A DNA stretch of 64,000 bases, from positions 38,316,001 through 38,380,000 of the forward strand of contig OZ024751.1 of the NCBI GenBank assembly GCA_964016885.1, read 5' to 3'. The translations under genes and the position numbers were made by a program. The DNA is from Eledone cirrhosa. Its lineage: Eukaryota. Position 1 is the first letter of the stretch, and every line of letters begins with the position of its first letter. The notes beneath the pieces were generated by a model. The model was not told where the DNA came from. It did not search any database and was given only the letters and a program-made list of their open reading frames with translations. This document shows, piece by piece, positions 30,001-44,491 of the stretch.

Positions 30001-30312
30001 TTGGAACTGGCTGATCAGGTTCTTGAGGCCTTTGCACCCCCGCTCCTATCGGATACTCCCACACAGTCCCAGCGTGCGTCTAAGATGCCGTTACAGTCCC
30101 CCGCTAACAGTAAAGGGCAAGACGTACCCAGAAAGGCTTCCAGGCGTCTAAAGAAGTCCGGCCGTCCTGCCCCAGTAGGAGCATAGACGGCCATCAGTCT
30201 AAAGGCACCGCCTTCATTATTGTTCACGTCCAGGACCACGAACTTCCCGTCCGGGTCCCGGAAGATCGACCTTACCTCGAACATTTAAACATCCTACTCT
30301 TAATACGGCCAT
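27098..30312 (-). pseudogene. LINE ORF2 (AP endonuclease, reverse transcriptase, C-terminal zinc finger), disrupted
   Basis: EN motifs MAVLRVGCLNVRG, VYAP, LAGDCN, YIDRIF, SDH. RT motifs KSPGLDG, FRPITLLN, KAFDRV, RQGCPLS, AYADD, GGLGMP. C-terminal xPRC..ET..H...C. Stops at about 29678, 29522 and 28718, frameshifts and an EN deletion. Confidence 0.92.
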
Positions 30313-30344
30313 GTTGGCAGGTTAAACAGAGAGAGAGGACAGGT

Positions 30345-32319
30345 TTACTTACCTTCCGGGCTCTTGAGAAGGTCGGGTTGTTCGACCTCCATAGTTAGTG
30401 GGGTATCTTTTCGGAACCCCTTTAAAAGTCTTGAAGTGGGTTTTACGTTCGGGGTTCCCACGTCCCGAGGTAAGCTGTCACGTATTTCTTTGAATATGTC
30501 GAGCGACATTCGCACCAGAACCAAATCTTCCGGCACGAGAAATGTGCTCGATTTAAAAATTTTCCCCTCCTTTTGTATATTTTCACTTCGTGCTACGAGG
30601 GCCATCAGTTCCTTGTTGGCCCTCCTGACAAGCACGAAGTTTTGTATGTTTTCTTGGTGTGATTTTATTTATTTGCGTGGCTGTGGTGGTGATGGTTTTG
30701 GTGGTGTTGTTTCGGTTGTATCTGTATTTGTTGTGAGTGCGGTGTCTGTGGTTTCAGATGTTTGTGTGTATATTTGTTCTTGCGTCTGTTTCGGTTGTTT
30801 GCGATTGCGGGATTCTGGTGATGGCGGTGTTGATGTTGGTGTAATTGGAGAGATGTTTGCATGGGTGGTGTCGGTGTTTTTTTATTGTGGGTGCTTTTGT
30901 GCTTTGAGTTTTTTTTTCCTTTTTTGTATTTTGGGGGATTTGGGATTTCCCTCATTTTCACTACTGGTAGATGAGGAGTCTGTGTCTGTAAGTGTGTCTG
31001 CATGTATGTTTAAGGTTTTATTGGTGTGTGTATTTTTGGGGGGAGGGGGAATGTGACAGCTTTCCTCGTTTTCCCCCTGGATGGTCAATGTTGTTGGTCT
31101 TTCTATTGGTGTTGTTGTTGGTGGTTTTGCCGGTGCAGGTGTTGGTTGTGGTCCTCGCCCCGGCGTCGGCAGCAGTGGAGCCTTTCGACCCCTTGCCTCT
31201 TTCAGCAGTTGAGGGCAGAAGGCTCGCAAATGGGTTTTTTCCCCCACAAACAAAACACTGCGGCCTTTTGCCTTCGGTCATAATGTGAATGACAGTCCCA
31301 TTCTGAAGGCGGGTGTGGTCTCGGATTGTCTTCACATTCTCGGGCCTGATCTGGAGAACGATCTCCAGGTCAACCCCGGACCAGTCCTCTCTGGCCGTTC
31401 TGGTCACTTCTATAGGGACTGTATCCGTCCCCTCCACAATCACACATCCCAGAAGCCACCACATGTCAAGCCCTGGTGGGATTCTGGGAATACGGAGACG
31501 GGCCGTTCTTTTTCTTATGTGGGAGGGGTACATTATGACCTTGCTGGTTTTGAAAGGAGTCATAGCGTGTTTCATAGCGAGGGCTTCTGACTTGAACAAC
31601 ACCGAAATGGTGCCGTACTGTCTGCCCCTCTCTATGTACTGGGTGTCTTCTCTGATGCACCTCAGCGCGACTTCGACATCTTCTTGTGGGATTAACGCTG
31701 CCCTTTTGGTTTGGGCTGAGATGCATCTATAATGCACCGTTTTGCGCTCCACTGCCTCAATAGCTTCTACTAGGACAGTTAAGTTGGCCCAAGTTTGCTC
31801 TTGCTTGATGAGCTTCCATGCCTGGGCCAACTTTTCATCTTTGTTTGAGAGGTCCATGTTGAAGCATGGCCTCTTTTTTGCTGCTGCCGCAGCGAAAGTG
31901 GTCTTGTTTTCGTTGGGGGTGTTGTTGACGTTGTTCTTAGCACTGTCGCTGTTATCATTGTTGTCTTTGTTGCCACCGTTGTTCTCGGTGAAGTTGGTAT
32001 TGTTGCTGGTGGTGTTGTCGCTATTTGTTTTCATGTTAGTGGTGTTGATATTGTTGTTGTATTTGTTATTTTTTTTTTTGTTATCTGTATTTTCGTTGTC
32101 ACTGTTACTGTCATTTTTTTCAAAATTAGTATTCTTATTGGTATCATTGGTGGCTTTGTTTACCTTGTTTGTGGTGGTGTTTGTGTTATCAATGTGTGTT
32201 AATTTCGCTGTAGCGCTCCTCTCAACTTCTACGTCGTTGTCGCACGACAGCCGACATATCGCTGGGGGGGGGGGGCGTGGCTTAGCCATGTTTTTTTTTC
32301 TTCGTAAATTTTTTAACAT
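30345..32319 (-). pseudogene. LINE ORF1 (nucleic-acid-binding protein with CCHC zinc knuckle), frameshifted
   Basis: Joins ORFs 31018-32319, 30882-31253 and 30345-30635. Removing one G near 31243 restores CFVCGEKTHLRAFC (CX2CX4HX4C). N/T-rich low-complexity N-terminus. Confidence 0.8.
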
Positions 32320-32687
32320 GTAAAAAAAAGTTCAAATATTTGGGCCAAAAGGCCCAAATACTATACTTTCCTCTTCATGGGGCAAAGTCTAAGGGCTTAT
32401 ATCCCTTACACAACAAGAAATATTTAACAACAAATAATTTTAACAGGCAAATAAAGCGACTTACTGTGAGCGAGGAAAATACGTCCGCTTAGACCAATAA
32501 TAATAATTCCTTTTGTAAAGTTTCTGTATCAATCGGCTGCTAGGTGTTAATTGGCCTCAGTCCCTGATCTCAGAAGTTCAATATATTGCGTAGGATTCTG
32601 GCAATGTTAGAAGTGGTAGAAATTTGGCCACTACCTATGAAGTCAGAGATGATTATGATAATTATTAATATATGGTTATGTCCTTAC

Positions 32688-32727
<40 letters not shown>

Positions 32728-32794
32728 TTATATATCTATCTATATGTAAATATATATATATTTATATATATATATATACACATGCATACACACA

Positions 32795-32925
32795 GAATGT
32801 GGATTGGTCTTGCAATCATAATGTTGTGAGTTCAATTCTCGGACCGGGTGATGTGTTGTTTCTTTGAGCAAGACACTTTATTTCATGTTGCTCCAGTTTA
32901 CTCTGCTACAGAAATGAGTTGATAG
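32795..32925 (+). mobile_element. SINE family B fragment
   Basis: GCAATCATAATGTTGTGAGTTCAATTCTCGGACCGGG...TTGAGCAAGACACTTTATTTCATGTTGCTCC aligns with 23748-23866. Confidence 0.7.
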
Positions 32926-33002
32926 GACTGGGGTCCCTATCATTAAATTACACAAGACACCTCCAACGAGATATAGCTTGGAGGAGGTATATCACCTGAA
33001 CG

Positions 33003-33049
<47 letters not shown>

Positions 33050-33053
33050 GCAT

Positions 33054-33084
<31 letters not shown>

Positions 33085-33286
33085 CGTGTGTTGCAGTTAT
33101 ATGTCGACGAAGACATACATGAGTGTGTTCATCCTTCTACATTCTGCAACTTTTAGTTTGTTTCAATTTTATATTAGTTCTATATAATGGTATAACATTC
33201 TTTTGACAGAGAGGATAAAACAAATACGCCTTCTATAAGTAGAACAACGACACCTTTATGTACTAGTATACACACAGGAACATCCC

Positions 33287-33317
<31 letters not shown>

Positions 33318-34146
33318 ATATATATATATGTATATACATATAGAAATACGCTCAGACTCACATATGCACACACGCAGAAACACACCCATATATATATGGG
33401 TGTATGTGTGTGTGTGTTTATACATATAGTGATACGCTTAGACTTACACACATATATATTCATGATTATACATTTAGAGACGCTCGTACAAACACACACA
33501 CACACACACATATATATGGATATATTTATATATATTCATATATATTTACATATATAGATGTACATATATATGCGTGTGTGTGTATATATATAAATGTTTG
33601 TGTGTGTGTCTGTAACTGAGTGTGTCTGTGTATGTATGTGAGAGTGTAGTGTGCGAGTGTAAGTGTGTGTGTGTGTGTCTGTGAGTATCTGACTGTGTCT
33701 CTGCGTGTGTGTGTGAGTGTGTATTTGGCTGTATGTGAGTTTGTCTCTGTGTGAGAGAGTATTTGAGTGTGTCTGTGTGTGTATGTGGGTGTATGTGTGT
33801 GAGTGTGTGTGTGCATATGAGGGTAGGTGAATGTGCGTGTGTTTGTGTGTATATGTATCTGTTTTCTTGCGTGTTTTGATTGTGAAGGTACGATTAAGAC
33901 ATCACACGGTCAACGTATAATGTAAAAGGAAAGTTAATGACAATCATAGCATGTAATGATCAATGATGTAATATGGTTCTTAATTAAACAGATTCGACGA
34001 GAGAGAGTAAAAAAAAAAATGTCCGCAAGCTGTACATGGTGATATTTGGTTTTTGGGAAGGTGGCAAACCAGTTCTCGTCACAAATTTACTTTGATGAGG
34101 AATCAGGAGAAATAAGAAAAAATATACAGCAACACTCACACACAAG

Positions 34147-34178
<32 letters not shown>

Positions 34179-34759
34179 CACACACACACACACACACACA
34201 GCCATACACAATCACATACAATCATACACGCCCAGTCACAGGCACACAACACAAACACATAGAATCACACACCCACAGACACACACATACAGGCACACAC
34301 TAACATAAAATCGCATACGCTCAGCCACACAGACATTCACAGACACACGCAAACACACACAACACATACAAGCACATTCCCACATACACACACGCAAACA
34401 TATACAATAGATACAATCACACACACACACAGACACACACAAACAGTGGCACACAAACCCATACAAAGTGAAATGTCCAATTCCGATGACTTTTGAAATA
34501 TTCTCCTATCCTCATCCTCGACAATTTATTTGGTTCTTCTATGATTTCTTTGCGAAAATATATTTTGCTTTTATTCTTTTACTTTTTTTGTTTTTGTCGT
34601 AAGTTTTTGTTTGTTTTTTTTTGTTTTTTTTTTTGTGCATGTGGTCGTTCCTTTATATAAGTTTGTTACATCACCTTTTGTTGAGTATTTTTTTATTTAC
34701 TACCATAGTTCTCATTACCTGGTGCCTATAGCAGTGTATATGCGTGCGTTTGTGTGTGC

Positions 34760-34816
<57 letters not shown>

Positions 34817-34838
34817 TATATATATATATATACACATA

Positions 34839-34922
<84 letters not shown>

Positions 34923-34940
34923 TATATATAATATATATAT

Positions 34941-35025
<85 letters not shown>

Positions 35026-35617
35026 TATAAATATATATATATATAATATTTTTATATACATATATATGCATAATATTTACACACACATACATACACACAC
35101 ATATATATATATATATACAGACATATATATATATATAGATAAAGACATGCGCACAAATACACACCATATACATAAATATATATTCTGTATATATAAGCTT
35201 ATACGTATATGTCTATAAATTAGTCTGTCTTACGAAATAAGTATTGAATAAGTATGTAGCATGTTTCTTGTAGGAGTTGTTAGAGGTTGGCGTCAGAATT
35301 ACCACAAATATCGGACAGATGTATAAAAAAATAAGATAAAAGTTAAAAGAAAACAAGAAATATAGTGTAAAACACAAAGACACGATATTTATAAGCTCAC
35401 CATTTGCATCTGGGAACACGAAAGCAGGATACATGCCTTATATGTCTTACCTCCCCCTACCACTCTACGTATAAAAATACTCACTTTGATACTAACGTTT
35501 TCTTCGTTGTTGCCTTTATAATTATAGTGTTTCTCTTAGTTCCCATCTAACGTGTGTCGGTACAGTTGTATGTTTTGGAACAACCAAGTAATTAAGTGAG
35601 AGCTATAATATATCCAT

Positions 35618-35780
35618 GAAGATGGCTAGCTTTGTGGTTAGCGTGATTGCCTCACCATCGTTAAGTCATGAGTTTGATTCCAGGCAGAGTTCTGAATTTC
35701 ACGGCTCCTCAGTCCACTGCGTTGGATGGAATGATGAGTACCTGTAATTCAAAGATCCAGCGTTGTCTTGCTGAATCTTA
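35618..35780 (+). mobile_element. Diverged SINE family B copy
   Basis: GTGGTTAG...GAGTTTGATTCC...TTTCACGGCTCCTCAGTCCACT...ATGAGTACCTGTAATTCAAAG. Confidence 0.5.
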
Positions 35781-37921
35781 GGTAAGTGAAGGTATGAAAG
35801 AAGAACTGAAGATAGGGTGTTTGACCTTTACTCCTATCTCCCCTCCCCTGATGTTTGAGTGACCAGTTTGGTGCATTGCTGCTCCTGTAATTCCTGTATT
35901 AAATTCAGCACCCCGCCTTCCACCACTCGTTAAAACAGCTCCGTGATATTTCAACTTTTAAACATGCTTCAGTGTGTACTGCGTATTCATTCTTCGGGAG
36001 AATCTTATCTCTTATTCCTGCCATAGCTATGTTTAGGCTCGAACACCGAATAAAGACAGCAAAAGTAATCGTTCCATTCCGACCTATACCTGTTCTTATT
36101 CTCTACACCCAATATTACTGGCAAATATTTTACACGCCTCAATTCCCGTTGTAAACGATAGGAATATCATTATTAAAATTCACAGAAATCACAATGTCTA
36201 ACAACAAAAGACAATAATAATAATAATGTTTCCCCAATAATTTACTCGCTAAATTTTAACATTTTACAAAACAAAAGAAAATAGTCCATGCATATCTAAA
36301 GCAACACTGATTTAAGACTAAAAACAGATTGTTTCTTTGATGATAGAACTCACGAGACGATGGTTTTGTTAGCGGCTGCATAAATATTAAACGGATGTTT
36401 TAACAAAAACAATCCACTTTTAGTTGCTGGATATTAGAATATGCAAAACAACTGTCAATTCATTATTAATTTTTGTTTTTGTTTTTAATTATGGGGTTTT
36501 GAAACACTTACAACTGAAGCTAATTGCTTATTAACAACCGGTTTTGTAATGCACCCAATAAATTTTCATGTTCTATTTCAAACTTTAAATCATTAGTTTA
36601 TTATTGTGTTAATCTTGAAATTAAAACTAATTCATGTATTTATACATCAATAAATATATCTGGCATACGGAATTAAAATAGGCGGAAGTCGAAAGAGTTG
36701 GACGCATGCAAAGAATCGCCATGTTTTTATTTATTATATATTCTTTTATATGTTAAAGATTTAACTTTAAGTTTTCAGTGAAGTAACGTGAAACGTTGAT
36801 TTGTAGATAAAAGAAAATATTGAACATTATCAAAATTGCATAAATAGCAGCAACATTTCTCAAAGGTATTAAAATCATCCATAGAATCTTCACGAAACCT
36901 TTTATTTTGTTTCAGGTATTGACGGCAGGAAAAAAATAAATAAAAACTTTCTTTCCTTTTGTAAAGGCAAAACCTTGAATAGGTTTTCTCTATAATCACA
37001 AACAAATTCAATATATGTGTTGCGAAAATAATAGAATTATTGGTTTAGAGTTCTGAAATCGTTAAAGAGGAAAAGCTACAACAATTGAAATATATATAAA
37101 AGAAATACAATATATTGAAGACATAAATGTATACCCACAATTCCATTTCTATCGAAAGCAACAACTTACAATAGAGGCATACGTTCTTTATCTGACAGTC
37201 ATATGTAAGTCTTATACTATAATTATTGTTGTTATTTAAATTTTTTTTATTTCTATATTCTTGCGAAAATATCTTAATTAATGGAAACAGGTTTATTAGA
37301 TTTTCTTAATATGCTTCTCGGTTTAATTGACGGTCAGATTTTTTTCTCAACGATTTGAATTTCCCTAAATATACCTTGGAGGGAAAATAAATAAAATTTA
37401 TTGCTGAAAACATAGCAATAATTTTATCATCCATAAAAACTAAAACATAAAAAATATAGAAGTTATAATGGTATAGAGCTTTGATCAATAATCATTTGTT
37501 TTTGATCTAACACTTTTATTGTTTATCTTATCATTTCCTTTAATATCTTTTTTTTGGCACTTATTTGTGTTTTATAATTTTAGTTTATTCATTATTTATT
37601 ATTGTATTTTTCTTGTATTTCCCAGAGTATCAAACTTGAGGAATTCATTATCGTTTAGCTACTTTCGACTAAATCAATCAAAAGAAACCAAGAATGATAA
37701 TGAATTATTTTTGGTCATTTTATTGAAAGTATTATATTCATAAATACACACATATACACACATACCATACACATATAAACACACATAGGTACATACAAAG
37801 ACACACGTAGACTATATTACTACTTCTGTAAGTAGAGGGTTATAAAGACATACATATGGTCGTCTATTTGTATATACATATATATATATAAATACATACA
37901 CACGCACATACACACACACAC

Positions 37922-37980
<59 letters not shown>

Positions 37981-38902
37981 TATATATAGAGAGAGAGAGA
38001 GAGAAAGACAATTTATATAAGTATATAGTTATTCTTGATTGCATTATCTCCTGTCTACAATATATATATATATTATATATATATATGTATGTATATATAT
38101 GTGTATATATATATATATATATATTTATATAAAATATCTATTCGATCGTCATATTTCCGAGGCAATTTTGTTTTATTTTCCTTATGTTTTTATATCTTAT
38201 TATATTCGAACCTATTACTAATTAGACAACGTTTTCTTCAGATATTTATTCCAAAATTAGATTAATGGCAAAAAAAGGTCCGAATCTCACATTGGTTGAA
38301 CATCAATGACGTGATGATAATACTGCTACAAGATAAGAAGAATAAGAAGAAATAGCCCCAATATACGTGATTTGAGAAATGAAATCAGGGTTGCAATATA
38401 CGTACATAGATTTATATATACAGATAGAGGGAGAGATAAAGCGAGAGAGAACGGCAGGTGTGAATATGTCTATATGTGTATATATATGTGTGTATATGTA
38501 GATAGATAACTGTTTTTTTTCTCCTTTTATATATATATATAAAAGAACAAGAATGAGAATGCACAATTCGTACGTCGCACTAATAATGGCTAAACTTAAT
38601 ATTCTAATATGAATTGTATGTTAATGAAATCTGAAGATTTCTGCTATGTTTTTATTTTTTTGTATTTTTTAAAACTTTATATGGAATATATAGAATTGAA
38701 AATATAAAAACATTCGATGAAATTCAATTTTAATTTTTTCAAGAAATTTATACAGAATATTGAAAATTATGGAAATATAGTTTATATCGGTTTATTAGGA
38801 AATCAAAATTAACTTCCATACGTACGTTTTCGTTGTATAAAGTTATAGGTTCGTGTATATACATACACGTATATATACATATGCATATTTATATATATGC
38901 AT

Positions 38903-39013
<111 letters not shown>

Positions 39014-41813
39014 GTATATGAGTGCCCGCGTGAGTATATATATATATTTATATATGTGTGTGTGTGTATATTTATAAATATATATTCACATATATAAATA
39101 AGTTCTGGGCTTACTTATTATTGTCTATAGAATTCCGAATATATCGATATAATTCAATAAATCTAATAAACTTAATGCTATTGATTAATACGACTGAATA
39201 GAAAGAATATTGGGAGAAAAAAATATATCTAGAAGATTCTGAGTACAACCACATTGTCTTGTCTTTACACTGGATGGCACAAATGTTCTTAAAAAAATTA
39301 TTGATGGCATGTTATTTTATTTTACTAATTATGCAACAATCACCACATGATATCCGTGGATATTCGCGTACTAAGATATGCGGCCAATCTTACGTTTGTG
39401 TATTTTCAGGTCTATCCCTGTAGTTGTCCAATCAAACATTTGATTATAACGTTATTTTATAGCTCCTTATTTTTTTACGGAACGTTTACTTTCTGTTAAT
39501 TTTCGTTGTTGTTTCTGGTTACCATCATTGTTGGATCTAATCCCTAAAGGGTTTCAGCTATGTTCAATAATTTTAAATTGTTATTGAATGTGTTGCAGAT
39601 GGCGGAGCTGTCACAATTGTTGTATTCAGAATTATTCAGCTTTTAAGCCTTGGTCGATTTCTTAGTATATAATATATACCTTGTAGTTGTGCATTCGTTT
39701 TCGTTTTGTAAATTGCTATTAGTAAAACGTTGTTAGTTATTAAGATGTTTGTGGAATTACAATTAGAATTTCTATTATTTCTAACTAAATATTTTCTCTC
39801 TAATGTTGTATTTTATACAGTATTATGTGTTGCTATGATTCCTTGTTTTAAATATATGATCAAAAGAGACCAATAGCATATACGTCTTCTCATAATTATC
39901 ACTTGAATTACTAGGAATCGATGATCGACAAGGACGCTAGGTTTTTTAAAAACAGGGAGGTTTACAATTGTGGTTTGGAATCGAAGGTTTTTGTTTGTGG
40001 TTTAGAAATTTGGCTTATGGTTGTGGTCATCATTATTCCTACACATGATCCAGCATTTCTTCAGAAAAACAAATACACTGAGACTCTACATAGACATGTA
40101 GATATTTATCAAATTCTCTTGTATTTGAATAAGTGGAGAAAAGGAATTGCCTAAAGTTATTTCCAGTTGCATTAGTCAATTTTTTCCCATTTTCTTCATG
40201 TGAATTTTTCTAAATACTTACAATTGCTTATCTCTGTGTTTAGCAGTTGACAAATAAGTAAAGCAGATAGGTTTCGACATTTTCTTTTATGTTTTTTTGT
40301 TTTGTTTTCTACGCATATATAACAACGAATAAAATCGAATGTTGAAACGAGTAAATTTGGTGGATTCTTTTCTAATTAATATGATGTTTTAAAGCTGGAG
40401 GGGAAATTCTTCATGCTGGATGGAGCTGAATAGAAACGTATTTACAAGACATGGCAAACAATTAAAGTCGAGAGAAAAAAATTGAAAAGAAAATAATGTA
40501 ATCACATCGAAGCGAGCATCTAAAATTTAAAGTAAAATTTTAAAAGAACGGTTATAGGAAATTCCTATGGAATTAAATTAGAAAACCAAAAAATAAATAC
40601 GATACGTAATTCAATGTTAGATTCAACTTAATTTAAGATTTCAATTTTGTTATATTATGTGCGTATTGTAATGTTGAATTTTTGTTTTACAACTCTTTGC
40701 TGATATCGAAGATGTAGGACTAGCTAGGGATATTAGATAAAATAATGTAAATGAGTAAAATAATAAAATAGTGCAGGATGTTTTTTGATAATATATAATA
40801 TGATAAAACGAAGGCAATGACATTTCTTTTACCAACGGTGATAGATTTTTACGTTGAAAAATCTAAAAAGAGATATATTAGGAAAGATCCATAAAGATAT
40901 GGAAGACAAGATGTCCATAAAAGAATGGAATATTCTCATTAAAATTGCAATATATTTTCACAATGAAGAAAAGCATTATATTTATATCTCCTATAAGGAT
41001 TTTTACTTGACAAGACTAAGCCCATCGTCTACCTTACTGATATGAAATCATGAAAAAAAACAACTTTATGTTGCAACTCATTTATAGGCAAAATCGGAAA
41101 AAATATATCCCAAGGTGATGAAAATATATAGTAAATATATACTAAAACACTTGAAGAAATCATAAAACAGGCATATAATCAACTGCATGATAACAAACTT
41201 TTCAACCCGAACATGAACGCAGACTGTCTTACGCAGACAAACACACATATACATATACGGTTTACATTGTTAGGTAAAGAGGTACCTTGCGTTGGCGAAT
41301 GTATGTAACCAGGGAGTTACTTTCATTGTTTCATGCAGTTTGATATTAAATTCGTTTGCTCTTTGGTACACATTTTCATCCTGGAATGTTTTGTATTGAA
41401 CTCCACTTCACAGTCTTATTCTGCTCGTCATAGAGCGGTTCTATGTATTTTACATAATATGATGGGGATTATAACCTCTAAAATATTATGTATGTAGCAA
41501 AATAACTTCTATGTTGTTAAATTACAATAACCAAATTTGATTTAAAATCGAAGCTCGAAACAAAAATAAAAATTTCTATCCATTTATATCTTTTATCGCA
41601 TTGTCTGTCTCCCACAGAGTCCATTCTCTGCATAGCTGTGATAATTTTTGTCTTGTGTCCATACCACATAACATGTCCTTTTCAATCTTTCTTTCTTAAT
41701 ATCTTTTATGATGCTTTGTACTTTTCTTAGTTGTCGTATCCATTGACAAATTATTCTGTCATTTATAATGATTCAAAACTTGCTTTTTTCCGTACTACAT
41801 TGTAGTTTTAAGA

Positions 41814-41881
<68 letters not shown>

Positions 41882-41896
41882 TATATATATATATTT

Positions 41897-41927
<31 letters not shown>

Positions 41928-42246
41928 GAGAGACAGAGATAGAGAGAGGGAAAGAGAGGGAGACATAGATAGGCAGATAGGTATATAGGTAGATGGATGG
42001 ATACGGAGGTAGATTAATAGGTGGATAGATTAAAAGTCGAATTATATATTCACTAATATAACTTTATATATACCTAATTCAATCTCACTCTGTATTATTC
42101 TCCCCCTTCCTATGTTTTTCCTCTCTCTTCCACTCCCCCTCCCAACCTTTCAATTCCTGTCTCTTTTTTTCTACTTTTTTTTATTATTGTGTATGTAAAA
42201 AATAGTGATTGCTTGATTGATAAATGAAGAAAAAACACATAACATA

Positions 42247-42302
<56 letters not shown>

Positions 42303-42865
42303 ATGTGTACATATATACATATATATATATATACAAATACACCTGTACATATAGGTTTGTCTATATATATATATATACTCGCGTGAGTGATTTTGTGATG
42401 TAGGTGGTTGTGTGTGTATGTGTATGTCTGAGGGCGTGCGTGCGTGTGCTTTCCTGAGTGTGTGTATGTGTGTGTGGCAGTTTGTGTGTCTCTCTCTATG
42501 TGTTTGTATATATGTACGTGTGTTAGACTGTGTAGATACGTGTAGCTACAAGTCTCTCTGAGTGTTTCAGTTTTATAATTATACAGTCTATATGTTTGTG
42601 TGAGGAAAAGGAAGATTTAGGTTATAAATGTCAAAATGAATATATAAAGAATTATTCCTTTGTTATGCAATATTTTATGTCTCCTTTCAGAAATGGTCTT
42701 TGATGTTTTCGTTTGTAAGGACGCTTTCCAAGAAAATGAAACATTCATTTGCTGGCTTTTATTCCATTCAGTCGACACGATTTATGGAAATATATATCAA
42801 AGGATATCAAAATATCAAAAAATATATATTCCTTCACACAATCATATTTATATCGAAACACTATC

Positions 42866-42938
<73 letters not shown>

Positions 42939-43028
42939 TATATACACACATATACACATATATATCCTTATACACATATATATACACAAACACATACATA
43001 CATACACACGCACACATATATAATTTAA

Positions 43029-43059
<31 letters not shown>

Positions 43060-43119
43060 CACAGATAGACACATATATATCCATATATAAATACATACAC
43101 ACAAACACAATCATATATA

Positions 43120-43157
<38 letters not shown>

Positions 43158-43165
43158 CATACACA

Positions 43166-43206
<41 letters not shown>

Positions 43207-43503
43207 GTATATGTCATTTCTGTGTTTCTGGTGTACCTATATGATTTGGCTTTTTTTTATTTGTATTTATGTATATATGATATATCTTGTAGTATAAATA
43301 TAAATATCTCTAGCGGAATAACAGTCTCTTAAAAATGATAATCTAGGTTTTTTATGACTTGTCATGTTTTGTTTAAAATATATTTATATATCGCCAAATG
43401 TTACGAATTCATTATAATCCTCTTCATTTATATCAGTTCAAATCACTGGTTGACGTCGGTGCAGACACCCACCCACTAACTCAAACATACATACATACAA
43501 ATT

Positions 43504-43570
<67 letters not shown>

Positions 43571-43716
43571 CAGAAAAACCACGAACCCTCCATCTCAATT
43601 CTACTTTTGAAAAGCATAAGAACTGTGAAACCGGTAAAGGAAACAAATAAATATTCTTAATAAGACTCCAGTTGCATTTTCGATTTCAATATATATATAT
43701 ATATATATATATATGA

Positions 43717-43770
<54 letters not shown>

Positions 43771-43978
43771 GCGTGTGTGTGTTGGTTAACAATATGAATC
43801 AGAGGCAACCTGCTCCTCTCCTGGGCCGAACATAGATGATATCTTCTAGAAAAAAGAAGGAGAACCAGAATGAGAGAGTTGGGAAAGAATCTACCCTAGT
43901 ATTACACTGGCAATTTATTTATTATCTTTGAATGAATGCAACGGGAATCCTTACCCGCAGTGCTTTATTTATTGTTGA

Positions 43979-44023
<45 letters not shown>

Positions 44024-44157
44024 TAAAAGGGATATTTAATCTGTTGGTAATTCAACAAATGTATATGTTTATATCTGATTGGAAGCACTCAACTGAATTT
44101 CTGGAGTATAATATCAATGATATTAATAAATGGAAACTATATTTATGAAACCATATT

Positions 44158-44218
44158 TATTCTATTATATATATTTCAAGGGTACCACAACTTTAGTACG
44201 CTCTCATCAGATAAAATA
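44158..44218 (-). ncRNA. Type I hammerhead ribozyme motif (left arm of C)
   Basis: Exact inverted copy of 44348-44408. Confidence 0.75.
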
Positions 44219-44347
44219 CGAAGTTTGTTTTATAAATATTGACATATCCAGGAAGAGGATCTTAACGGTTCAAGTATTGCCAAGAAAAACTTAAGAACCG
44301 TTAAGATCCTCTTCCTGGATATGTCGATATTTATAAAACAAACTTCG

Positions 44348-44408
44348 TATTTTATCTGATGAGAGCGTACTAAAGTTGTGGTACCCTTGAAATATATATA
44401 ATAGAATA
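44348..44408 (+). ncRNA. Type I hammerhead ribozyme motif (right arm of C)
   Basis: TATTTTAT-CTGATGA-GAGCGTAC(10 nt)GTACCCTT-GAAA-TATATA-TA-ATAGAATA. Predicted cleavage after 44400. Confidence 0.75.
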
Positions 44409-44447
44409 AATATGGTTTCATAAATATAGTTTCTATTTATTAATATC

Positions 44448-44491
<44 letters not shown>

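Larger units (their letters stand above)
26831..32495 (-). mobile_element. Near full-length Tx1/L1-clade non-LTR retrotransposon, inactivated
   Basis: GC-rich island of 5665 bp: 5' UTR, ORF1, ORF2 (APE-RT-zinc finger) and 3' UTR. TSD AATAATAATAAT at 26819-26830 and 32496-32507. No poly(A). Confidence 0.93.
44021..44450. mobile_element. Fold-back element C (same family as B, opposite orientation)
   Basis: 156-bp arms at 44116-44271 and 44295-44450 with 2 mismatches and a 23-bp spacer. The about 95-bp left extension is homologous to the right extension of B. (TA)n on both sides. Confidence 0.85.

Noticed and set aside
27225-32323. Plus-strand ORFs overlapping the LINE
   Set aside because: Antisense shadows of GC-rich coding sequence with no motifs.
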